A stretch of 64,000 nucleotides of DNA from the human T2T-CHM13v2.0 reference genome, Homo sapiens: the NCBI RefSeq assembly GCF_009914755.1, contig NC_060934.1; one strand, 5' to 3'. Shown here piece after piece: positions 42,807 through 55,830 of the stretch (position 1 is its first letter; every line of letters begins with the position of its first letter). The notes under the pieces are model-generated. The model saw only the letters and a list, made by a program, of their open reading frames with translations. It did no database searches and had not been told where the DNA came from. A program made the position numbers and the translations under genes.

Positions 42807-43370
42807 CTATGGTTATTCTGTTTAATTTTTTGAGAAACTGCCTACCGTTTTCCACTGAGGTTGCCTCATTTTACATTCCCACCGGCAATGCACAAGGGCA
42901 CCAATTTCTCCACATCCGTACCAATACTTGTTACTTGTTTTTTGATAATAGCTACCCTAATGAGTACGAAGTGGTATCTCATTGTGGTTTTGATTTGTAT
43001 TTCTCTAGTGATCAGTGATGTGAACATATTTTAATGTGTATATCTTTTTGTATATCATTTGTATATCATTTTGTATATCATGTGTATATCATTTGTATAT
43101 CTTTTTTGGAAAAATGTCTATTCAAGTCCTTTTCTCATTTCTTGAATTGGGTTGTTTGGGTTTTTGTTGTTACTGAGTTTTAGAGTTCTTTAGATATCCT
43201 GGATTAATCCCCAATCGGATATATGATTTGCAAATACTGTATCTCATTCTTGGATGGTCTTTTCACTCTGTTGATAGTGTCTTTTAATGTGCAAAGTTCT
43301 AACTTTTTATGAAGTTCAATTTATGTAAAGGAATTACTCTAAAAGTATTTAAAATAAAAAAGGAGAAAAG

Positions 43371-43520
43371 TGCCGGGTGCATTTGCTCACACCTGTAGTC
43401 CCAGCAACTCAGGAGGTTGAGGCAGGAGGATTGCTTGAGCCCAGGAGTTCAAGGTTACAGTGAGCCATGGTTGTGCTACTTCACTGCAGCCTGGGCAACA
43501 GAGGGACATCCTTTCTCTAA
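43371..43520 (+). mobile_element. Free right Alu monomer (FRAM-like)
   Basis: Single arm CCTGTAGTCCCAGC..GAGCCCAGGAGTTCAAGGTTACAGTGAGCC. Confidence 0.85.
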
Positions 43521-43800
43521 GAAAAAGAAAGAAAGAGAGAAAGAGAGAAAGAAAGAGAGAAAGAGAGAAAGAAAGAAAGAAAGAGAGGAAGGAAGGGAGG
43601 AAGGAAGGAAGGGAGGGAGAGAGAGGGAAAGAAAGAAAGAGAAAGAAAGAAAGAAAAAGAAAGAAAGAGAAAAAGAAAGGAAGGAAGGAAGAAAGAAAAG
43701 GAAGGGAAGGGGAATGGGGGAGGCAAGGGAAAGGAAAGGAAGGGAGAGAGAAAGAAAAGAGAAAAAAAAAGAAACGAGGTGGAAAAAGAAAAAGGAAGAT
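43519..43800. repeat. ~280-bp polypurine (GAAA/GGAA/GA)n tract
   Basis: Almost exclusively G/A; expanded tail of the FRAM. Confidence 0.95.
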
Positions 43801-44259
43801 GGGGCAGAGACATGTGGAACCAAAAGCAGGTTCTGTGGTCCTTGGCTCTTGTTCCTGGCTCGACATCACCTAGCTCAGGCTGCCCCAGCCCAGGGGCACA
43901 GCATTGAGAACAGAAGGTAGAAGGTGGGAGAGAGGCTGGCTGGGTTCCGGTTAGCCCCAACCCAGGCTCACAGGCCGCCTGACTGGGAGTGGGTGTGTGT
44001 GTGGAGGGGGTGGGAGCCCTGGGGTTTCCCTGAGATCTGTAACCTGGGGACTAGTAGGTGGGCTCAAAGGCAGGAAGTTCTCAGTTAGGAGACCTGTGGG
44101 TGCACCCACCTGCCTCTCTCAGCCTCCTTAACTGCAGATTAAATTCCGGGGCCCAGAGCCACGGTTTCTAAAGAGCATCTGTCTCTCTCTCTCTCTTTCT
44201 GTCTCTCTCTCTCTGCCCTTTGCTCCCTGTAAATCACTCATCACATTTCTTTTGTTTCA

Positions 44260-44395
44260 TGAGTTTTTTTTTCTGATTCTAAAAATAATATGCTTATAGA
44301 AAAGTGACCAAAGAATAGAGGGAAAAAACAAACCACAAGCCTACCATCCTGTGTAATAACAGTGACCATTCATTGGGTGTGAACCTTGTGGCAGG
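44260..44395 (-). mobile_element. L1ME 3' end relic
   Basis: TTTTTTCTGATTCTAAAAATAATATGCTTATAGAAAA. Confidence 0.5.
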
Positions 44396-45289
44396 AACTG
44401 GGCTTCATACTTCCCTGACACCCGCCTCCAGACTTCCCCCAGCCCCTCACAATCATACAGGCCCCACCAAGGAAACTGAACCACTTGGTGAAGGGCTAGT
44501 TCGAACACAGCTGGGCTAGAAGAAATGATCCTGGCATGTCTTGGGGAAAGTAATCTGGTGTTAGGGTGACATGCATGACAAAACCATGTGCACAGCGGCC
44601 AGCAAGGAGGAGTGTGTGAGTGACTGTCCCTGTATCCAGCTGCTCTGGAAAGTGGGGTAGAAGGGAAAGTCGGGGACTCATGGCTCCCAAGACCTCTTTT
44701 ATCTCCCTTCCAACAACAATGTGAAGCACAGAGCTCAATCCTATCACCCGTGATAAACCTCACAGTGAATGATCCAGCTGCCGCCAGGGGGACAGACTCA
44801 CTGTCGCGCTGTCCAGAGAGATGTCTAGAGGGATAAGGGAGGGGATTTAGGAGGTCTATACATTATGCCTCTGGGTGACCTGTAGCAGGGAAAGGGGGTG
44901 TTGGGGGAGGTCTTCCCTTTCTTGTCTCCAGGCCAGAAAGTGAATGATCCCTTGGGATTGGTCACCAAAAGACACATTTTCAAAAAACCGCTGCCTTTGC
45001 TGTTAGTTGTCATGAGGTTGTCATGGTTGTCATGAGGAGTGTGAGGGGGCTCTTCAGGTCCCAGAGGCTTGACTGGCCGGGGTAGAGAAGCCCCCAAATG
45101 CCAGGTTTTGGGGGTCATTCCACTGAATCTTTCCCCAGGTCTGGCTGCTCCCTGTGTCCCTCCTGAAGAACCACAGCCTCACATGCCTGCATTTCCATGG
45201 CACACGGGGGTGGCTGACTCCTCGGCGTGAGGAGCCTGCAGCCTCGGAACCTCCCTTGTGCTTTGCTTCAGCCTTGTCTGCACCAGGCA

Positions 45290-45620
45290 CTGAGACGAAA
45301 TGATGAGCAACACCCATGAGGCTCTGCCTTCACAGGGGAAGACAGACCAGAAACATAGCAGCAAATCAGGAAGCAGATGATTCCAGCTGGTGACAGTGGT
45401 GACGAACCTCAACTGGGATGAACCGGGTGAGGCTGACTTTAGCCAGAGCTCCAGGTGACTGCTCTGAGGAGACAACATTCAGGCTGCAACCAGAATGATG
45501 AGAAGGGGTCTGCGTGTGAAGATCTAGAGGAAAAGACATCTGGGCAGAGGGAAGAGCAAATGCAAAGGGCCTGAGTGGGGAAGGAGCATGCCTGATTTGA
45601 GGGAAAGAAAGGCACATTTT
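45290..45620 (-). mobile_element. L2 fragment
   Basis: CTCTGAGGAGACAACATTCAGGCTG..AAGATCTAGAGGAAAAGACATCTGGGCAGAGGGAAGAGCAAATGCAAAGG. Confidence 0.75.
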
Positions 45621-45833
45621 AAAGCAGCAAGGCTCAGTGACCTTGCCCAATGCTGCCATATTGTGGATGAAGAGGCAAAGGCCCGGGAGAGAACCTGATT
45701 GGTCCATTGTCAATAGCCAGACCTTCCCTCTCGTCCTGGACAGTACTGTTTTCACTCTGCAAGTCTGCAGATGCCCCTCCGGCTTCAACTCATCCACCTG
45801 GTAAGGGCAGCATTGCAGCATAGGGCACAGTCA

Positions 45834-46088
<255 letters not shown>

Positions 46089-46343
46089 TTATCCATCAAT
46101 ATGGCACCTTGACAATCAGCAGCGGAAAGAGTAATGTGGCTTAAAACTCACCTCATGGTGGGTCACTCACTCATGAGCGCTGAGACCTGCTGAGTGGTGC
46201 AGGCCTGACTCCGAAGGTCTCGCTAGTCCAGCCTTCTCCTCCTAAGATGGGGAAACCCAAGGATGAGCTGGAAGAACAGGTGAGAGGACCTCGGTTCTAA
46301 TTGTCCAGTTCGTGTCTCAGTTTCTTCATTAAGAAACAGGCTA

Positions 46344-46640
<297 letters not shown>

Positions 46641-46742
46641 AGCTAATTCAAGTCTTGTCTTACTTTAGGCAAGTTTTGTCCTTAGGAAAACAATTCTCAT
46701 TTAAATAGTTTACAGGGGCTATGACAATGCTGACAACTCTCA

Positions 46743-47402
<660 letters not shown>

Positions 47403-47954
47403 CATGGTGCTGGGATTTTTTTTTTTTTTTTCAGTCATCACCCAAGGGCTTTCTAGCTCTTCCTCCAAAGACCTGTCTGGGCGATCATAGCTTTTTGGTC
47501 CCCAGCCCTGGAGCCCTCTCCAGACCGGTGCAGGCTCTGCAACTTGTTGGAACACCAGGTTTGCCTACAGAGCGAGGGACCTTTGGGGCACCAGTGACAG
47601 GCCGCGGTGAGGTCCACCTGGGTTAGCTCTGTGGACAGCTGCTTCTCCGGAGGCACTGACTGGCCAGTCAAGCCAGGCCCAATCCCTCATCCCCCGGGGT
47701 TTTGGTCCTTCCTTAGTCTACTATCCTGCAGATATAACTCTACAGGCCAAGCTCTCTCCCTCCAGGACTATCCCCACTGCACTTGACTTTTCCAAAATCC
47801 TGGCTGTGCTGTCTCAGGGAGCCCACTCTGGGTCTCAAGTCTTCCAAGAATGCCTGCCCTGCGGCTCAGCTTCCTGGGGACTCTCCTTTGCCCCCCTCCC
47901 ACCAGTATCAAAAACCACTATTTCTCAAGAGGCAGGGTCACCTGTGCCAGGGGT

Positions 47955-48132
47955 CTGGTGGTAAACTGCTTGGGTTCCAATCTTGGCCCTGGGGTCTCCC
48001 AGTATATGTTAGCTGGCAGAGTTACTTGCCCTCTCTCTTCTAAGAAGTGGAGATGCTAATAGCCTTTCTCTTTAAGGTCTACTTAATAGCACTTGGCACA
48101 AAAGCAAGAACCCAATAAATGTTGCTATTATT
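47955..48132 (+). mobile_element. MIR SINE
   Basis: CTGCTTGGGTTCCAATCTTGGC..TGGCACAAAAGCAAGAACCCAATAAATGTTGCTATTATT. Confidence 0.7.
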
Positions 48133-50664
48133 TTATGGACCACTGGGAAGCTAGCCTGAGTCAATACATGGCATACTGAGAGGAAATTTATTTCCTCCGA
48201 GTTTCCCCCAACGGACTTTAGGGGGAGAAAGTCATTTGGCAACGCTTTGCCCAATAGCGTGGCAATTGTGTTGGGGGAGTGGCCCTGTCCACCACGGTGG
48301 GCTTTGTGTTTTAAGAGGTGTGGTCCAGTAAGCACTGTCTGCCCCCAGTGTTAGCCAACCACCTCAGGTTGGCAGGAAGCGCGAGACCCTTTCTCTGCTG
48401 AGGTCCATCTCTGGCTGGGATGAGGGATTCAGGAGTGAGTAGGGCTGGTGCCTGGTAGAGTCCAAAGCAGCTTAAGTCACTCACTTAAGTCAGTGAGGCT
48501 TTTACTTCTAGCCTGACAACTCCCACACAGGTGAGAAGATCTGGGAGTCACAAAAGGGGCATGGGTGAGAGAGACCCCTCCCCTGTCCTCTCCTGATGGT
48601 AGCTTCCTGGCAGAGCTAATGGACCCCTACTCCCCTGTGGGCTTCTGCCTGTCCCCCTCCTTCCTCAGGCTCACAGCACATCCCCAACAAGTCCTAGTCC
48701 CAGACCCTTGCTAGAGGCTCAGCACTCAGCCATGTCACTCTGTTGCCAGACAGGATGCCCCCTCTGCCTGCCTCCTCCATTCTCCTGCCTTTCCTTCCCT
48801 CCCTGCTCTCTCCTCCTCCTATCTCCTCCCTGCCTTGCTTCCTCTCAGCCTCTCACAAAGGCTCAGGGAGTTCCCCCCACCCCCGCCCTTTCGCAATCGG
48901 GCCACATGGCTCTATCATTCGAATATTCCCTAGATTTATGGCAATGCCGAGGAACAGTCGGGTGCTCCCAGGCGCCCGCCTTGGTATGAAGACACATCTG
49001 TGCGGAAAGCCGCTCTCTCTGGAAGCGGAGGATGGAAGTGTTGCCAGCAATTTTCCTTCTAAAAAAAAGTGGCAAATGTGGCCCAGGGGCTTTGTGCTGC
49101 CAAGCAGTTTGCTGCTTCCTTAACTCTGAGAAGGTCTAGTGGGGAAGAAGCCCGAAGGGGCACATTAAACTCCCCCAGGTGGGGATATTAACCAGGATTA
49201 ACTGGAATTAACTGAGGACAATGTGAGCCCTGGGACGGGAACTCCTGCTGCTCTCAGGGCAGACAATCAGGGAGACAATGCCGGGCCTGACTCTGGAGGG
49301 ACAGCTTTGCCCACCCACTCAGTGGGCTCACACTTGACACCGTATTTTCACATCACTGTGGGCACTCGCTGCCCAGCCCACAGGCCCTTGACCCACATGT
49401 GGATTCCACAGGCAGCAGGTTCCTCCCCTGCCCACACACCCAGTGCTCATCCATATGCCCCAAACAGACTCACAAAGACAGCAATATTCCCCATCACAAC
49501 CCCCACAGCTGACACAGACACACAGAATGACCACACAGAACCAGCTCCCATAGGCAGCAGGTAAGTCTCCACGCACACCTCCCACCGTTTCCACTCCCAC
49601 CTGCAAGGCACACGCGTGGCGGATTCATAGATGCAAAGGTGACTCCCAGCCTTCCCTCCCCTCACACACGGACACCTGCCCCTCAGGGACTCAGCCCTGG
49701 CCCATGGAGTCTTCAGGCGATTCTCACAGCTCTCATGTTTCATACCCAGCAGCTTCACATCGGGCACTGCCTCTCATTTGGCCACTGATACTACCACTTG
49801 CACATAGGCGTGAGCACACACACACACGAGACCTCTACACACACAGACACACACATGCATACTCATGCCTAGATTCTTCCATCCCTGCATCTCAGCACTC
49901 CCCCTCCAAGCCCTGCAGGGGCGAGGGTGCTCTGGCTTCTGGGAAAGCAGCCCTGGGAGCAGACCCCATGCTTCCCGGAGGCAGGAGGATTCCCCTCCCG
50001 ACCTGGCATCCCAGGACTCCCACCCTACCACTCCTGCCTGTCCCAATGCATGCTCCGGAAACCTCTGGGAATAGGCAATCAAACTCATCCTGGTTGGCCA
50101 ATGTCCTGAAACCCCTTCAGTCATTATCAAATGGGGAAGGTTGGTCAATGTCTTGGGGAACGCAGTTTGGGCCTGGCCGGGTAGACGTAGCCCCTGGCTA
50201 TCAACGTGTGCATCGAGGCAACTCATTTCCTCTGAGTTTACCCCTCTGTCTACAGGTCTATACAATGGAACTGTGGCTTTTCCTTAAACAGCCTTGGGCC
50301 CTGGCTGTTGTCCTCAGCCCCGGGCCACAGCCTCCTCTCTCCTGGGGCCTCCATCCTGGAAGCAGGGAGATGCCCAGGCAATGCGATGCCAGAGCTGGCC
50401 AGAGCTTATGAGTCCAGAGCTCCTAGCAAAAGCCTGGGGACGGGGGTGGGGGCAAGGCAGGCTGGGCAGGTCAGGCCTGGCTCCAGGAATGGGACACACT
50501 GCACCACAGATGTGCTTGGAAGGGGGCATTCAAGTAGGACCACCTGCCTGAAATGTCTTTCACTGCCAGTTATTTTACCATTAACACTCTCATCCCTTAT
50601 CATCTGCCTGCTCAGATATCCTCCTACCTGCCTCCTGCAGGAGTCATCACATCCTACGAGACCT

Positions 50665-51143
50665 GTTCTTTCGGTCTTATATGATTGGCTTATATACACT
50701 GAAAAGCCAGGAAGTCGATCTGAATTTGGACAAAGATGGAAGCTCAGTAGATGTGATCTGGAATCCTCCTCTCTCTCTTAAACACACACACACACACACA
50801 CACTCACTCACACACACACCCTCTTCTGCTCCTTTTTTCAAGGATTCCACTCTTAGATTCTCATAATCGTGACCAAAATGGCGGAGCCCACCTCCAGACT
50901 CCATCCTACAGCGGAACAACAGCCATGTAAAGAGAGGTCCTTGTGCCCAGCCACAGTCCCAGCGTTGATTTGGATTGGCCAGGACTCACTTTCTTGTGCC
51001 CTCAGGGTTCTGGAGAGTGGATTAGCCCTACTGAAGCACATATGGCCAGAGTTGGGGCCCATGGTTCTCCCCCCAAAAAATACGATCAATTTTACCAGAA
51101 GAAGGGGGAATGGGCCCAAGACAGGCAAAATAATGTCCACTGA
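50665..51143 (-). mobile_element. MLT1K-like MaLR LTR with internal (CA)n
   Basis: ATTGGCTTATATACACTGAAAAG..; TTACCAGAAGAAGGGGGAATGG..CAGGCAAAATAATGTCCACT. Confidence 0.65.
50782..50819. repeat. (CA)n microsatellite
   Basis: Interrupted CA run. Confidence 0.92.
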
Positions 51144-51144
51144 A

Positions 51145-51315
51145 GTGGGGCTTTTCAAACTTTAATGAGCACACTCATCTCTTGGGGATCTTGTTTAAAA
51201 ACGCAGATTCTGGTTCAGCAGGTTGGGGTAGGGCCTGAGAGTCTGCATTTTTGACAAGCTCCCAGGGGATGCTGATGCAGCTCCGCTGGGAACCCCATCC
51301 TGGACAGTGAGGGAC
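51145..51315. mobile_element. MER5A hAT MITE
   Basis: TTCAAACTTTAATGAGCA..GGGGATCTTGTTTAAAAACGCAGATTCTGGTTCAGCAGG..CTGCATTTTTGACAAGCTCCCAGG. Confidence 0.85.
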
Positions 51316-52198
51316 CCAAAGCACCTTAAGACCTGGCCCCGAACACACTTCATGTATGTGCAATGTGCGAGGGGGACTGAAGTGCAGGTGGGCTTGGTGA
51401 CCACCTCAGTCCTCCTTGAACCCCAGGGCCCAGATGCCCTCTTAGATGGTTTCTCACTGGCACCTGACAGGACAGGCAAGGCAAACCTTCTTTCTTATTC
51501 CTATTTGGCAGATAAGAAAACCGAGGCTGAAATAAACTCCGTAGCTCTCCCAAGTCATGCTAGGACAGGGGTTGAACTGGGTCCCAGTGACCCGGCTGCT
51601 CTGAAGGACAGTGCAGTCCTCCTAAGCCAACTCCCTCCTCTTAAGGGACAAAGAGCGGTAAGTCAGAGCCCTCACTAGAACCCCTCCCACTCTTAGGAAG
51701 GTGTTGAAGGGCTGCCAGGGAAAAAAGAAAGAAAAACAACTGCCTGACCTCTGTGTATCGGTCACACCACAGGACTGGAAATTCCCAGGCCACTGAGTAG
51801 AAAGCTGCGTCAGCCATGAGGTTTTACAGCCAGCATAGACCCAGGTGATCTCCTGGTTGTGATGCTTGTAAATCAAAGTTGCAAAGGGCAAAGGTCATGT
51901 GGGCAGCTCATGGGTTATTTTTAACCTTCTCTCCCTTATCAGTTTTCTCCTTCCTGCTCTCCAGGTGGTTATCGTTAACAGATATGTCTCACCCAGGGTG
52001 GGGCCCATCATACCTGGGCTCCAAGGAAAGAAATGAGGGTGTCCCTGGTCCCTGGCACCACCTGACAGAGTGGGGCTGGGCATTTGCAAGAGATTTTAAG
52101 GAGGCTCCTTTGTGGATCTCTGGGCTGGCACAAGAGGAAGATCATTCAGGGTGATCGAAATATGGAATGGGCTCCTGGAGAGGGAGGGAGTCCCCATC

Positions 52199-52657
52199 TG
52201 TTATGGGTTGCATTGTGTGACCCTCAAATTCATATGTTGGAGCTCCAACCCCTAGTACTTCAGAATATGACCTTATTTGGAAATAGGGTCTTTGTAGATG
52301 TCATTAGTTGAGTAGGTTGGGTCCCTAATCCAACATGATGGGTGTTGCTATTTTAGAGGAGAAATGTGGACCCTGGGAGAACAGCATGTGAGGACAAAGG
52401 CAGGGATAGAACCAGGGTGATGGAAAGCATAGAATTCATAACGCTTTTCAGCTATAGAAGCCACAGATCCCAAAAGATGGCCAGCAAACCTCCAGAAGCT
52501 AGAGGAGAGGCAGAGCCTTAGAAGGAACCAACACTTTGATTTTGGACTTCCAGTCAGAGACAATAAATTTCCAGAACTGTGAGACAATAAATTTCTATTA
52601 TTAAAGCCACCCAATCTGTGGGGTTCTCTGTTGCAGCAGCTCTAATGATCTAATACA
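52199..52657 (+). mobile_element. MLT1B/C solo LTR
   Basis: TGTTATGGGTTG..GACCTTATTTGGAAATAGGGTCTTTG ... CTAATACA; TSD CCATC (52194-52198, 52658-52662). Confidence 0.9.
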
Positions 52658-52757
52658 CCATCTTTAGAGGTGTCTGCTGAGGCTGCGCTGCTACTTGGCA
52701 GGGATATTGTCCAGTAGAGACATTATGCTAGCCACGTATATAATTCAAAATTTTCTA

Positions 52758-52902
52758 GCCAGGCATGGTGGCGTGCACCTGTAGTCCCAGCTACATAGGA
52801 GGCTGAGGCGGGAGGATAACTTGAGCCCAGGGGTTCAAGGCCAGCTTTGGAAACATAGGGTGACCTTGTCTCTAAAAAAGAAAAACAAATAATAAGTAAA
52901 AT
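52758..52902 (+). mobile_element. FLAM-like Alu monomer
   Basis: Single arm; TSD AAAAT(T)T(T/G)CTAG. Confidence 0.85.
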
Positions 52903-52953
52903 AAAAATGTCTAGTAGCTACATTTAAAAAGCAAAAAGAAACAGATGAAATTA

Positions 52954-53307
52954 CAGTTGACCCTTGAACAATGAGGGGATTGGGGTGCCAACCCCTATGA
53001 GGTCAAAAATCCAAGTATAACTTTGACTCCCCCAAAACTTGACTATAACTAGCCTGCTATTGACCAGAAGCCTTGCCATTAAAAAAGAAAATGTTATTAA
53101 GAAAATTATAAGGAAGAGAAAATATATTTACTCTTCATTAAATGAAAGTGGTTCATCATAAAGGTCTTCATCCCTGGCGACTTCACATTGAATAGGCTGA
53201 GGAGGAAGAGGAGGGGTGGGTCTTGTCTCAGGGACAGCAGAGGTGGAAGAAAATCTGTGTATAAGTGGACCCTCTCAATTCAAACCGTGTTGTTCAAAGG
53301 TTAACCG
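52954..53307 (+). mobile_element. Tigger2a/b (MER28-like) TcMar element
   Basis: TIRs CAGTTGACCCTTGAACAA / TTGTTCAAAGGTTAACCG, TA target duplication on both sides. Confidence 0.9.
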
Positions 53308-53574
53308 TAATTTTAATGATAGATTTTATTTCATCCAATATATCCAAAATATTATTTCAACATGTAATAAGTACTAACAAGAGCTATAAATTAGATGTTT
53401 TATATATTTTTTGTTTGTTTCTTAGTAGGTCTGAAATCTGGTGTGTTGTTTACACATACGGTACAGCTCAGTTGGGACTGGCTACATTTCAAGCACTCAC
53501 ACGGCTAGCTACATTTCAGATACACGGCTAGCGGCCCACATGTTGAAGAGCGCAAGTTGAGTTTTTCTTCCCCT

Positions 53575-53700
53575 TTGTATCCATGTGGCTTCAGGTAATT
53601 TACTGAGCATGTTAGAGCTTCAGTTTCCTCACCCATAAGACGGGACAGTTTCTTCACCCATAAAATCAGGCAATAACGGACATACCTGTCTTCAGTGATT
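53575..53700 (+). mobile_element. MIR fragment
   Basis: GAGCTTCAGTTTCCTCACCCATAA. Confidence 0.6.
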
Positions 53701-53789
53701 TCCTGGCATGGGGTCAACCTCCACAACCAAGCCCTGTAACTGTGGTACAGGCCTGTGGGCATCAGGCAGGATATTTAAAAACCTTCCCA

Positions 53790-54070
53790 CTCCAAAGGAT
53801 CACACAATTGCCTCATTCCTCGCTATGTTCATCTTGAACCCCCTTCACACTCAGACCTACCTCCAGCCTCCCCACTCAACCAACTTGAGTCCACCTCCTC
53901 CAGGAAGCCTTCCTAAGGTCCCAGCCCCCATTTAAAATTCCTAGAACACCTAGGGAGAGTCTCGCAATTTAACACTTAATTGTTCTGTGAATTGTGTTAT
54001 TACTGTGAGTGAGGTTTTGAATTCCTTGAAGGCTGGGATGTGCCTCCTCTGTTTTCTCATCTGGCCTGGA
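53790..54070 (+). mobile_element. L2 fragment
   Basis: CCACCTCCTCCAGGAAGCCTTCCT..AATTCCTTGAAGGCTGGGA. Confidence 0.6.
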
Positions 54071-54974
54071 GTTATGAGCCCGGTTAAGTTACTCAGTCAG
54101 GCAACACACCTTTATTGAGCACCTATCCCAAGTCAGCCACTGGGCCCTGCTGGACTTATAGTAGGTGCCAATTAATGGTGTGCAGGTTGATTTAGCTTTT
54201 TCTTTTCTTTTTCAGCCCAGCTCTTCTAAACTCCATAGGTTGACTTATCTATGCATACCTCTCAGAAGCCCTGGGAGAGATATTCTCCGGGCACCAGGAC
54301 TCACTGCCCAAGCTCGAGTCGCTGTACCTCTGGGCCAGGGCAATGGAGGTCCTGGAACCTTCCAGGAAAAAGAGTTCAAAAGGTTTTGGCAGTGACCTTT
54401 TCCAGTGTGCTTCCCCCCAGGCAAAGAAAGGTTTTTCACTGCAGCCTGGGGATGGGCCTCAGGTAGGCACTTTACGAAGCCCAGGATGCCCAGGCTCAGG
54501 ATGAGACACCATCCTCCCCTCCCCATTTCCCTCTTGCCTGGATGGCATCTTGTGACTTGTTTACTACAAGTCACATCCTGATAGAGGCCCCACTCGCTGG
54601 AAGGGGCAATGAATCACCAGCGTCTCCATGGGAATCACAACCCAGCTAGCCCAGCCCCACCCCTCCTAATCCACTGCGCTTACCCCACCCCCCAACACAC
54701 ACAAACAGTCATGTCCACTGGGTGAGCCTGCTAGGGCTGAGCCTGGCACGGGACAAGGAAAGGCTTGCCCAAACAAGAGGTCCCCGCCCACTTCTGCCTC
54801 CCTGAGCAGCAGCTCTCTCTTCTCCTGTCAGCTCTCGGACTGGACCACCCTCCATACAGATTACAGAGGGGACATTTGTCCCCCAAGAGCCATCCCACAC
54901 AAGACTTCCCTGCCACCTCCTCTCTTATTGGAGGTAAAAAACAAAACAAAACAAAAAACAAAACAAAAACTTGG

Positions 54975-55195
54975 GTTTATACCTGACTCTGATACCTCTG
55001 ACTGTGTGGCTTTGATCAAGTTACTTAACCTCTCTGAACCTTAAATTCCTCAACCATAAAATGAGGATAGCAGTATTACCCAGACCACTGGGTTGGTTGT
55101 GAAGTTTAAATGAGAACATTCACATAGCATGCTTGGAATAGTGAGTGGCACACAGCAAGTGTGCCTGATAACTGATCCTTCATGATGGTGGTGAT
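54975..55195 (+). mobile_element. MIR SINE
   Basis: CTGTGTGGCTTTGATCAAGTTACTTAACCTCTCTGAACC..GGTTGTGAAGTTTAAATGAG. Confidence 0.85.
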
Positions 55196-55659
55196 GAATA
55201 TCATGGGCTTGTGTAGCACAGCAGGAGGCTCATTTGGCCACCAGAATGCACATTGCATTCTATTGCAAAGCTAGGAAACGTGATGTCAATCGTACCTGCA
55301 TTTCCGGGATTTTGTAGCCTATGACTTTTGTTGAGGAATTTGTACCGATGCAGGGCAACTCATGCATTCTACAAATATGTACTGAGAACTCATTCATTCT
55401 ACAAATATGTACTGTTAAGGAAGTGACGTGTTCTTGGCAGTCCCAAGAGCAGAACTGGGGGATGTGGATGAGAGGCTGTTCCTGGCAGCTTCCCAGACCC
55501 GTATCATTTGATTTGCAAAGGTTGCACATCAAATCATGAAAGTTCCTTTCATGATTTGCTGAGATGACGACAGGTTCTTTGCCTATATATTGGGTCTAGT
55601 ATGGACTGGAGGTGATGTCCAGGGAGGTGAGGCAGGAGGGGCCTGTGCCCAGGTCTTGA

Positions 55660-55830
55660 AGCAGTGTTGGTTTGGGCCATAGCTTCACCTCTTCCAAGTC
55701 TTGTGACCTTGGGAAAGTCAATTAGCTTTACAGAACCTCGGTTTCCTTCTCTGTTAAATGGGCATAGTAACACCTAGCCTGTGACCTCACAGGGTTGCCG
55801 TCAGCTCACATGTGTGAAAGATAGCCTCTT
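55660..55830 (+). mobile_element. MIR SINE
   Basis: TGTGACCTTGGGAAAGTCA..CCTCGGTTTCCTTCTCTGTTAAATGGG. Confidence 0.8.

Larger units (their letters stand above)
52699..53556. mobile_element. MER33 hAT element hosting a FLAM and a Tigger2
   Basis: TTGTCCAGTAGA..AAATTTTCTAG | TAGCTACATTTAAAAAGCAAAAAGAAACAG | AATTTTAATGATA..TCCAAAATATTATTTCAACATGTAAT..GAAATCTGGTGTG. Confidence 0.8.

Noticed and set aside
43387-43960. K/E/R-rich and F/L/S-rich ORFs of 115-167 aa
   Set aside because: Translations of a FRAM plus polypurine microsatellite
49704-50411. Longest ORF (235 aa, +)
   Set aside because: No recognisable domain; P/S/H/T-rich, runs through a degenerate (CA)n; expected by chance in GC-rich DNA
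50870-50890. YY1-like AAAATGGCGG / Kozak-like ATG as a gene start
   Set aside because: Lies within an MLT1K relic whose consensus has a similar AAGATGGC motif; no promoter context
54195-54260. Polypyrimidine tract plus AG as a possible splice acceptor (similar ones near 9677 and 41566)
   Set aside because: No paired strong donor or coding evidence; exons cannot be supported without transcript data
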